Shown one piece after another: positions 19,545-26,497 of a DNA stretch of 64,000 nucleotides. Position 1 is the first letter of the stretch; every line of letters begins with the position of its first letter. A program made the translations under genes and the position numbers. Source of the stretch: Candidatus Melainabacteria bacterium 17Bon1m (lineage in GTDB: Bacteria; Cyanobacteriota; Vampirovibrionia; Obscuribacterales; Obscuribacteraceae); contig JAVLKG010000003.1 in the NCBI GenBank assembly GCA_032128875.1, positions 984,974 through 1,048,973 on the forward strand, given 5' to 3'. Under the pieces are notes generated by a model, which saw only the letters and a list, made by a program, of their open reading frames with translations, searched no databases and had not been told where the DNA came from.

Positions 19545-20167
19545 AGGTAACTCAAACCAATAGAACTAATCATTCCTGCGATAGCAGCATTCGATGTTCT
19601 ATTGACCTCATTCATCATTTATCGATTCATCCTATCAATCAAAGCTGATCAGAAATTGAATCGAATAGAAGCGAAGCTGGATAGGTTAGAACAGTCATTA
19701 GATCAGTTAGAGAGATCATCTGATTGGAATCACATCGTTTAACTGATTCATTGAACCGCAAGGATTGAATTGATTAAGGCTGGTTCCGAAGTGGTCGGTC
19801 GATATGATACGGAGCGGGCAATTAGACAAGGCCAGTTAATCAACAAAATTGTTAGTTGTGGGTACCAAGTATTGAAGGACTCGGTACTAATCAGGCTGGC
19901 TTATTAATCAGGGCTGCCGGTTGCCTCGGTCGGAAGGTACCGGGTATACCCACCCAGGGGGGAAAGCGTCCGCCCCCTTTAGGGTGCCTTCAAGCGTGCG
20001 CATAACTTTGATTGGGGGTCTGAATTCATCAATGATTCGACCAGATTTCCTGATTTCAAAATCGACTCAAATTTTGCAATAAATTCTGATTGGGGGTATT
20101 GATCATACCCACTGATAGATATATCCCTAATTTAATCGATTGAAAATCAGATTGCTGCAGTTCGGGC

Positions 20168-20213
20168 TGGTACTGTATCTGGTGTCAAATATTTAGTACC
20201 GGTGGTGGTGGCA
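20168..20213. promoter_or_regulatory. Tandem pair of operator-like palindromes
   Basis: TGGTACT-GTATCT-GGTGTCA (20168-20187) and TAGTACC-GGTGGT-GGTGGCA (20194-20213). Confidence 0.65.
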
Positions 20214-20214
20214 A

Positions 20215-20448
20215 GTGGATAATAATAAGGTTACTGATGATGCGGCAGTTGCTGGACTCCAAGAAGTTCGGGACAGCCTGAAGTTGCAAGTTGAGCTGTC
20301 TGCAATGATGGATCAGCTTTCTGATTCGATGAGCCGTGAAAATCTCTTGGAGTGGTCCAAGGCTAAATCAGTCTTGGTCAACAATCTCTATAAGGCGATT
20401 GATGGAATGATTCAGGCAGTCATCGACGCGCCGAAGGCGGCTGTCTAA
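20215..20448 (+). CDS. Hypothetical phage protein
   Basis: First of a translationally coupled run of small ORFs. Confidence 0.6.
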   Translation: MDNNKVTDDAAVAGLQEVRDSLKLQVELSAMMDQLSDSMSRENLLEWSKAKSVLVNNLYKAIDGMIQAVIDAPKAAV

Positions 20449-20666
20449 TGATCGACGAAGCCACCCTTGATCTTTGGGAGCGCATAGCGACCCAGCAAGC
20501 TTTCCACGAAGGCTTTCAAAGTACGTTGGCTTTGCCATTCCTGACGTTGATCAAAGAGAATAAGCGTCTCCAAGGATTGGTCGACAAGTTCAATGAGCCT
20601 GAAGCGGCTCGCCGCAAGACGGCAACTTTGATCGATGGCATCGAGGTCAATTCTAATGGGCGCTAA
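20448..20666 (+). CDS. Hypothetical phage protein
   Basis: TAATG coupling. Confidence 0.6.
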   Translation: MIDEATLDLWERIATQQAFHEGFQSTLALPFLTLIKENKRLQGLVDKFNEPEAARRKTATLIDGIEVNSNGR

Positions 20667-20946
20667 TTCACACTATTTCCAATCGATGCTTGAGAGATAT
20701 GTCAACAATTCTGTTGCTGATGAAGGCGGTAAATTCTCGCTTCAGACGAATGTGTTTGATTATTCGATCGAGCTTCAATATCTGAAGGATGGACAGAAGG
20801 AAGTAGCGACGATTCCATTCTTTTCTGATCCGACTTATCCAGTTGAGAAATTGCTTGATCTGGCGCGCAAACTTCGGAACAAAGTCAATCATCAGTTGGG
20901 GAATAGTCAGCCGGTCGATCCCTGTTCATTCGGGGGTTGTATCTGA
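20635..20946 (+). CDS. Hypothetical phage protein
   Basis: Coupled ORF; likely start at ATG 20656. Confidence 0.55.
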   Translation: MASRSILMGANSHYFQSMLERYVNNSVADEGGKFSLQTNVFDYSIELQYLKDGQKEVATIPFFSDPTYPVEKLLDLARKLRNKVNHQLGNSQPVDPCSFGGCI

Positions 20947-21179
20947 TGAAATTCGCTGTTGTCTGGTGGCTTGTCACGACTACTTTAAGTGGTGGCAGTG
21001 TGCCAATTGATAAATACACGTTTGAATATCCTGCATTTTGCCCGCTTGTTTGCGAGAGGAAAGAGCAGACTCAGATCGCGGCTCAGTTCTTCACTGATCG
21101 CAAAACGGCAGAAGATTTCATGAAGCAGGCGCCGGATCGAATCAAGAAACGCATGAAATTGATGGAGATTGACGAGTAA
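20946..21179 (+). CDS. Small exported protein candidate
   Basis: MKFAVVWWLVTTTL hydrophobic N-terminus; TGATG coupling. Confidence 0.55.
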   Translation: MKFAVVWWLVTTTLSGGSVPIDKYTFEYPAFCPLVCERKEQTQIAAQFFTDRKTAEDFMKQAPDRIKKRMKLMEIDE

Positions 21180-21583
21180 TGATCCAGGAATTGGTTAAAC
21201 GCTGGGACGCTAAAAAAGCTGACCTCCGTGACAAATATTCAAAAAAGCGCCCGGGCAGCTATGGGGATATCGTCAAAGACGTTGTTCAATTGGTGACTTC
21301 TGAAGGGAAATATGGCGACTACAATCTAGATCCCGAGCGAATCACTTTGATCGACCACGGCGACTATCAAGGAACTGAGCTTTTCATTATTCCAGAAAAA
21401 GGCTATCAGCCTAGTCGGTTTTGGTTCGTCAAGGTCGGCTACGGCTCATGCTCTGGCTGTGACACTCTCCAATCGATTCAGGGTTGGAGTGATCAAATCT
21501 CGCAACAAGAGCTCGACGGGACTATGACCTTGGCGCTGCATATCTTGCAAGCGATCAAGCCGCTGGATGGAGAATCAGTCTAA
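21179..21583 (+). CDS. Phage protein with YGSCSGCD motif
   Basis: GDYQGT ... VGYGSCSGCDT, a recurrent phage hypothetical motif. Confidence 0.7.
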   Translation: MIQELVKRWDAKKADLRDKYSKKRPGSYGDIVKDVVQLVTSEGKYGDYNLDPERITLIDHGDYQGTELFIIPEKGYQPSRFWFVKVGYGSCSGCDTLQSIQGWSDQISQQELDGTMTLALHILQAIKPLDGESV

Positions 21584-21759
21584 TGTCTAAATCAAAATCA
21601 AAGAATCTTGGCGGTCAATCATCCAGAATCATCATGGTCAATCCGAACAAAGAGAAACGCCGGCGCTTGAAGGCGCAGATTCAGAAAATCTTTGAAGCTG
21701 TTGAAGATCAGCCAAAACCAGTTCTTCTGAACGCTGCTCAGAAAGAGGCTTGGACTTAA
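21583..21759 (+). CDS. Small basic protein (58 aa, not in ORF track)
   Basis: MSKSKSKNLGG...KEAWT*, TAATG-coupled at both ends. Confidence 0.6.
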   Translation: MSKSKSKNLGGQSSRIIMVNPNKEKRRRLKAQIQKIFEAVEDQPKPVLLNAAQKEAWT

Positions 21760-22079
21760 TGCCTTACGGTAATATCTATTACAACCCTGAAGATTACGAC
21801 TGCGAAATTGTCGATGAACTTGACTATGGGCTCAGCTATGAATTCGATAAAGTTGTCGTTTTCCGCCGCAAAACGACGGACGAATTAGCCTGGGGGTCGG
21901 ACTCCGGCTGCTCATGTCCAACCCCATTTGATAGGTTCAATGGATTTGAAGATCTAGACAAGCTCCCGGAAACATTGGCTGATTTCGAATTGGCTGTTCG
22001 GCGGCTGGGATATCGAGAAGAAGTATCAGCCGACAAACTTGAATTCATCCAGAAAGTCAAAAAACTTCTAAAAGCTTGA
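21759..22079 (+). CDS. Phage protein with SDSGCSCP motif
   Basis: SYEFD ... WGSDSGCSCPTPF. Confidence 0.7.
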   Translation: MPYGNIYYNPEDYDCEIVDELDYGLSYEFDKVVVFRRKTTDELAWGSDSGCSCPTPFDRFNGFEDLDKLPETLADFELAVRRLGYREEVSADKLEFIQKVKKLLKA

Positions 22080-22360
22080 TTTATTACACAGTCCATTTCT
22101 TCGATTCATTCACCAATCGCCGCGCAACGCTCGATTATGACATTGCCGACTGGGATGATGAATCAAGTGAATTCCTCTGGAATGAACATAATTGGGGCTG
22201 TGACTGCAATCGAATGTCAGTCTTCGAAGACGAAGAAGAAACCAAATGTGTTTATGAATTCGCTGGAAAGCATGTGGATCGCCGCGTCTTCATTGAAAAG
22301 ATCGTTCATCGAGACGGCAGAATTCTCTATCAAGAAGATATCGAATCAATCTGGACCTAA
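22076..22360 (+). CDS. Phage protein with NWGCDCNR motif
   Basis: FLWNEHNWGCDCNR; overlapping start/stop with previous gene. Confidence 0.65.
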   Translation: MIYYTVHFFDSFTNRRATLDYDIADWDDESSEFLWNEHNWGCDCNRMSVFEDEEETKCVYEFAGKHVDRRVFIEKIVHRDGRILYQEDIESIWT

Positions 22361-22584
22361 CATGGACTTTCCCGAAGAATCTGAACCAGAACGCCATTGT
22401 TCCGGTCCTGAACCGATCATTCATGAATCCCAGAACGATTTCTGGTGGCCGGGTTCTGCCGGCAATTGCCTTGATACAGATGATCATTTTGATGAAAATC
22501 CTGACTAAAAAGCCCCGGGTGAGTTACTTCCGGAGCCCTTTAGACAGGAGGATTTATGTCTTCGATTTCTTGATTGCAGAAAAA

Positions 22585-22627
22585 TGATACCACGGATAGT
22601 ATCACTTTTCCAATTCTATGCTATGAT
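22585..22627 (+). promoter_or_regulatory. Operator-like palindrome plus extended -10 promoter of the RNA cluster
   Basis: TGATACC-ACGGAT-AGTATCA (22585-22604); TGcTATGAT at 22619-22627. Confidence 0.6.
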
Positions 22628-22649
22628 TAATTACATGATCAATCAACTT

Positions 22650-22971
22650 CCCGGAGGCAGACCGGGCTTTTCAGTGATTTCCTCCAAGCCCAGCCACTGG
22701 GGGATTAATAGGTCGATTGAGTGTGAAGGATGCGCCCCGACGGGTGGGATAACTGGGAATGCCCTAGCTTCCGGATTAGGTAATTGATTGGACCCTTTGT
22801 CTGACGGGACAATAAATCAATCACATGCCAGGCTGGTTTTAATCGATCAGCGTGGCTTCATGGGAAATCGGAAGGCTTACAATCCTTCCCCCTCTTGCGA
22901 GACAGGCTTAAACGTCCGCTGAATACAGCGGGGCTAGTTATTAGAGGGTCTGCTGAAACCAGTGATTTCCC
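22650..22971 (+). ncRNA. Candidate large structured ncRNA of unknown family
   Basis: Nested helices GCAGACC/GGTCTGC, GGGCTT/AAGCCC, AGCCAC/GTGGCT, GATTAA/TTAATC, TGATTG/CAATCA, TTGTC/GACAA, GGAAGG/CCTTCC, CCGCTG/CAGCGG; no credible ORF. Confidence 0.65.
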
Positions 22972-22976
22972 TATTT

Positions 22977-23050
22977 GGGCTCGTAGTGTAATGGTTAGCA
23001 CGGCACCGCTCGAGGTGTAAGAGCATGTTCGAATCATGCAGGGTCCACCA
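22977..23050 (+). tRNA. Non-canonical tRNA-like RNA (Ala-type acceptor, 6-nt anticodon loop)
   Basis: D arm GTGT/GCAC, stem GCACC/GGTGT with loop GCTCGA, T arm GCATG-TTCGAAT-CATGC, 3' ACCA; G3:U70 and A73. Confidence 0.75.
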
Positions 23051-23070
23051 ATTTTATTGAGAGAGAAATC

Positions 23071-23280
23071 ATGCCAGAAATTAAAGATCCTTTCGAATAT
23101 CACAAACCATCAGAGAAGCAATTGTGTGTCTTGTCTCAGCTTCGCGCGAAGTGCAAGGAATTGAACGATCTCCAAATGCAATTGCTCCCGCCTGGTCGCT
23201 GCCGATCACTGGCTGTAACTAAGCTGGAAGAAGTTTCGATGTGGCAGAATAAAGCTGCCGTGTTTGAATTGGCGGAATAA
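23071..23280 (+). CDS. Acb2/Tad1-like helical-hairpin protein (candidate immune-signal sponge)
   Basis: FEYHKP ... LRAKCKEL ... PPGRCRSLAVTKLEEVSMWQNKA. Confidence 0.72.
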   Translation: MPEIKDPFEYHKPSEKQLCVLSQLRAKCKELNDLQMQLLPPGRCRSLAVTKLEEVSMWQNKAAVFELAE

Positions 23281-23291
23281 CCGCCCTTCTT

Positions 23292-23367
23292 GGTCCTGTC
23301 GTCTAGTGGCCCAGGATTCCGCGTTGTCGCCGCGGAGACGCGGATTCGAATTCCGCCAGGACCGCCA
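23292..23367 (+). tRNA. tRNA-Asp(GTC)
   Basis: GGTCCTG/CAGGACC acceptor, CCGCG-TTGTCGC-CGCGG, encoded CCA. Confidence 0.92.
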
Positions 23368-23371
23368 CTTT

Positions 23372-23447
23372 GCCCGATTAGTTTAGTTGGAAAAATGCCA
23401 GCCTTCCAAGTTGGTGTCGCCGGTTCGAATCCAGGCATTGGGCTCCA
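23372..23447 (+). tRNA. tRNA-Gly(TCC)
   Basis: GCCCGAT/ATTGGGC, CCAGC-CTTCCAA-GTTGG, U73, CCA; bulged A in T stem. Confidence 0.88.
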
Positions 23448-23452
23448 ATTTT

Positions 23453-23525
23453 GCCGAAATAGCTGAGACGGTTCAAGCGCCGGTCTGCAAAACCGGAGAC
23501 ATCAGTTCGAGTCTGATTTTTGGCT
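23453..23525 (+). tRNA. tRNA-Cys(GCA)
   Basis: GCCGAAA/TTTTGGC, CCGGT-CTGCAAA-ACCGG, U73, no encoded CCA. Confidence 0.85.
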
Positions 23526-23529
23526 TTAT

Positions 23530-23614
23530 GCAACAGTATCCAAGCTGGCTCAAGGACGCGGCCTGTAAAGTCGTTGGTTAACCCCGGTCATTGGTTCGAA
23601 TCCAATCTGTTGCA
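23530..23614 (+). tRNA. tRNA-Tyr(GTA)
   Basis: GCAACAG/CTGTTGC, GCGGC-CTGTAAA-GTCGT, long variable arm. Confidence 0.88.
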
Positions 23615-23618
23615 ATTT

Positions 23619-23690
23619 TGCCTTGTCGTCTAACTGGTAGGACAGCGGACTTTGAATCCGTTAATGGACGTTCGAACCGTCCCGAGGCAG
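23619..23690 (+). tRNA. tRNA-Gln(TTG)
   Basis: TGCCTTG/CGAGGCA (U1-A72), GCGGA-CTTTGAA-TCCGT. Confidence 0.9.
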
Positions 23691-23711
23691 CTTACTAAAT
23701 CATAGAAATTT

Positions 23712-23741
23712 GAAAGCCGCCCTGGTGGGAGCGGCTTTCTT
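23712..23741 (+). terminator. Terminator after tRNA array
   Basis: GAAAGCCGC/GCGGCTTTC stem. Confidence 0.7.
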
Positions 23742-23831
23742 GGCGAACGGGGGAGTCGTTCTCTTTTATCTTGTCAGACCACCAAACCCAATCAATTAAT
23801 CAATCCAATTTCCTGATCGAAATAAATCGAA

Positions 23832-23851
23832 TGCCACCATAAGCGGTATCA
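23832..23851. promoter_or_regulatory. Operator-like palindrome
   Basis: TGCCACC-ATAAGC-GGTATCA upstream of 23869. Confidence 0.65.
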
Positions 23852-23868
23852 CTTATTGGGGAAATTGA

Positions 23869-24372
23869 ATGAGATATATTCTCGAAATAGATGAAAAAGG
23901 AATCCCGAGACTAAAGGGATTCAATGAAGATTTAGCCGTTCAAATGGCGGCAGAACTTGAATTGATCGGTCGAATGGTTGGCGCCCAAGACGGGGAAAGA
24001 GCCAGCCATGCTTTGACTAATGTCAATGAGCGCATGTCAACGCTGAGAGCGGAGAACACAGATCTTAGAAATCAGGTTTCTACCCTGCGGGCTGAAGCTA
24101 AGAAGTACGAAGAACTCAATCACGCGCGCGGTCGCGAGATGCGCTCATTGTTCGGATTCAATCCAAGCATTAGCTATGAAGAATTCGTTGGTCATCTCAG
24201 AGTCTTGGGCGACGCCTACAAGAGACAAGCGGCGAAATATACCGGCGGAATATCTATCCAGTCGATATTGGATCTGCAAAAGCAATTCGCGCCGTACATG
24301 ACACCCAAGCCGATCGTCATGGATCGTCCGGCCTCAATTCATCGCGGCTCGCCGCTCATTTGGGGTAACTAA
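23869..24372 (+). CDS. Coiled-coil hypothetical protein
   Basis: LRAENTDLRNQVSTLRAE heptads. Confidence 0.65.
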   Translation: MRYILEIDEKGIPRLKGFNEDLAVQMAAELELIGRMVGAQDGERASHALTNVNERMSTLRAENTDLRNQVSTLRAEAKKYEELNHARGREMRSLFGFNPSISYEEFVGHLRVLGDAYKRQAAKYTGGISIQSILDLQKQFAPYMTPKPIVMDRPASIHRGSPLIWGN

Positions 24373-24374
24373 TC

Positions 24375-25091
24375 ATGATTGAATATCCCAAAGTTGATTC
24401 TCTGTTCAAGAGAGACGAGAAGACCCAGAAGGTAAACGGGGAGATCAGGCATAGAGAATATGATTTGGTCACCCATTGGGTTGTTTCCGAAAAGATTCAC
24501 GGTCAGAATGTTCGCGTCCATTGGGACGGAACTAATGAACAAATCACATTAGGCAGCCGCCGGCAGACCGGAGATGACAGCCTTCCGAAAGATCTGGTCA
24601 GTCATATCAGAGAAAGAATCACTGTCGACAAGATGAAGGCGGCTTTTGGGCCGGCGACAGTCACGCTCTTTGGTGAAGGTTACGGACCTGGTATCAATGG
24701 CGGTGGCGATCTGGCAGACTCCAAGAGATTCGCTCTCTTTGATTGCCGAATTGACAAGGCTGATGGTTGGTGGATGGAACCAGATCAACTCGAAGGTGTT
24801 GGGGAGCACTTTGGAATTGAAACGGCTCCAGTCTTGAAAGGGCTCCTAACTCTTCAGGAAATCATTCCGATGGTCAGGAAAGGTTTCAATTCAATTGTGG
24901 CTCTGAAGAATACTGGGAAAGAAGTCTGGGCTGAAGGCGTCGTTTGTCGCACTTATCCCGCGCTGAAATTCCGGGATGGAACAAGACTCCAATTCAAACT
25001 CAAGACCGAAGACTTCGCTAAGAATGTGATCGCTCTCCCTCAGAGAAAGGGAATCATTCAGGTCGAAGGCGTTCTATCGCCGGCGGGATAG
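24375..25091 (+). CDS. RNA ligase, Rnl2-like family
   Basis: EYPKVDSLFKRD, motif I EKIHGQN, LFGEGYG, FALFD, EGVVCR, FKLKTEDF. Confidence 0.85.
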   Translation: MIEYPKVDSLFKRDEKTQKVNGEIRHREYDLVTHWVVSEKIHGQNVRVHWDGTNEQITLGSRRQTGDDSLPKDLVSHIRERITVDKMKAAFGPATVTLFGEGYGPGINGGGDLADSKRFALFDCRIDKADGWWMEPDQLEGVGEHFGIETAPVLKGLLTLQEIIPMVRKGFNSIVALKNTGKEVWAEGVVCRTYPALKFRDGTRLQFKLKTEDFAKNVIALPQRKGIIQVEGVLSPAG

Positions 25092-25127
25092 TTTTTGCCT
25101 ATCTTGCTGGGCACTGCCGATAGATCA

Positions 25128-25155
25128 AGAAAGCCGCCTTTTTGGGCGGCTTTCT
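25128..25155. terminator. Bidirectional terminator
   Basis: AGAAAGCCGCC/GGCGGCTTTCT between the convergent ligase and minus-strand tRNAs. Confidence 0.8.
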
Positions 25156-25179
25156 GTTTCCGTTACAGCTCGGAGTAAA

Positions 25180-25269
25180 TGGCGGATTGTGAACGATTCG
25201 AACGTTCGGCACCCTCTCGGGAGCGCCCGGTTAGCAACCGAGTGCATTAGACCTCTCTGCCAACAATCC
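25180..25269 (-). tRNA. tRNA-Ser(GCT)
   Basis: GGATTGT/ACAATCC, CTCGG-TTGCTAA-CCGGG, long variable arm, GCCA end. Confidence 0.92.
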
Positions 25270-25270
25270 A

Positions 25271-25348
25271 TGGTTGCGAGAGGTTCGATTCGAACGAACG
25301 ATCTTTGGGATATGAGCCCAACGAGATAGACCACTTCTCTACTCCGCA
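25271..25348 (-). tRNA. tRNA-Met(CAT), initiator-like
   Basis: TTGGG-CTCATAT-CCCAA with three G-C pairs; CGCAACCA end; one extra base in the acceptor stem. Confidence 0.82.
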
Positions 25349-25486
25349 AAATCAATCTTAAAACTGAATGACCTCCCCAATCAATAGGAAGGTCATCTAG
25401 TAACAAAATTTTGACTGTATTTAGTTGGGTCGCTAAATTTCACGCCTCCGAAAAGCCGTTTGCAGGATTTTTGAGTTTACCATAAC

Positions 25487-25506
25487 TGGTATCAAATATG
25501 GTGGCA
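25487..25506. promoter_or_regulatory. Operator-like palindrome at head of the late operon
   Basis: TGGTATC-AAATAT-GGTGGCA. Confidence 0.65.
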
Positions 25507-25527
25507 TTTTAGGAATCAAATGATTAA

Positions 25528-25842
25528 ATGACTCAAAACTATTCTGATCGCGCTGTTGGTCAGTATTTCAGGAACGCAAAAATCGAAGATGGTTGGCACA
25601 AACTATTTCTGGTCGCGCTTCATCATGCGAATCGAGACGCTAGAAATATCAAAGCCCCTCAATCTCCGAACCGTAAGTTTCAGCCAGGAGTAGCGACGCC
25701 CCAGGCGGAGCTCGACGCGGAAGAAGAGAATCTAAGAGACTGGATCGAATCTGATCAATTGATTGATTGGTGTCTATACGTAGGCAAAGATCCAGATATT
25801 GCAAGGGAACAAATATTGAGATCGCTCGATGGTTTACATTAA
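25528..25842 (+). CDS. Hypothetical phage protein
   Basis: 104-aa ORF, AGGA RBS. Confidence 0.6.
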   Translation: MTQNYSDRAVGQYFRNAKIEDGWHKLFLVALHHANRDARNIKAPQSPNRKFQPGVATPQAELDAEEENLRDWIESDQLIDWCLYVGKDPDIAREQILRSLDGLH

Positions 25843-26497
25843 GAAGCGCAAGCGCGGCAACCCTGACGCCTACCTAGTCCCGCCAGAAATGTGGTGTGGA
25901 CATCCAAAGGCTAACGGCGAGAAATGCCGCGGCTCTCGACTCAAGAAAGAAGACGGATCTCTGACGGAGTATTGCCAGGCGCATGATCCGAAGAAGATCG
26001 CTGAAAAGACGACCTTGAAGGACAAGGCAGAAGAAGCCAAACAGGCAGCCTTAACTTTGATTGAGACGCCTATTAGAACGCTCCATGACGTTGTTGCCAC
26101 TGCTGATTGGGCGCTTCGATCAATGCTGTCCGGTGAAATCACAATTGGTCAAGCCAATTCAGTCGGATTCTTATTGGACAAAGCTCAGAAGGCGATGGTA
26201 TCAGCCAAGAAATTGGATCCGAAGGAAATCGCCAATCGTGAATTTACTCGAGAAGCAGCAATTGAGGCAGCGCGGAAATTAACAGTTGCCGACGCTCGCC
26301 AGGTGGCAGCCCGCCGAAATATGCACTTGCTAGAAGATGCAGCTTATAAGCAGCCGGAAATCAAGGTTCTCACGATCGAGGCTGCCCAAGAGAAGGTTAA
26401 TCAATTGGTACCGCGCACGGTGGCAGAAGATAAGAGAGAATCAGAATCGTTGGACGTGGTGGAGATAGATCAATCAAATGAAAGTACAGAAATATAG
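25829..26497 (+). CDS. Putative terminase small subunit
   Basis: N-terminal CGHPKANGEKC...YCQAH Zn motif followed by helical region; position at start of late genes. Confidence 0.45.
   Translation: MVYIKKRKRGNPDAYLVPPEMWCGHPKANGEKCRGSRLKKEDGSLTEYCQAHDPKKIAEKTTLKDKAEEAKQAALTLIETPIRTLHDVVATADWALRSMLSGEITIGQANSVGFLLDKAQKAMVSAKKLDPKEIANREFTREAAIEAARKLTVADARQVAARRNMHLLEDAAYKQPEIKVLTIEAAQEKVNQLVPRTVAEDKRESESLDVVEIDQSNESTEI

Noticed and set aside
22672-22970. 11-bp repeat as target-site duplication of an inserted element
   Set aside because: Sequence outside the repeats pairs with sequence inside (22657-63/22947-53; 22664-69/22686-91), and there are no terminal inverted repeats or transposase.
22650-23050. 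RNase P RNA, tmRNA or group I/II intron identity for the structured RNA
   Set aside because: No GAGGAAAGTCC P4 motif, no group II domain V or group I P7 core recognised; the tRNA-like part is self-contained rather than split around a tag ORF.
22584-23581. ORFs 22584-22787, 22858-23103, 23136-23438 and 23387-23581
   Set aside because: Shadows of the ncRNA/tRNA genes.
25125-25406. 93-aa minus-strand ORF
   Set aside because: Overlaps tRNA-Ser and tRNA-Met.
18011-25506. TGGCA in the palindromes as sigma-54 promoters
   Set aside because: No TTGC at the required spacing; the motif is better explained as a dyad.
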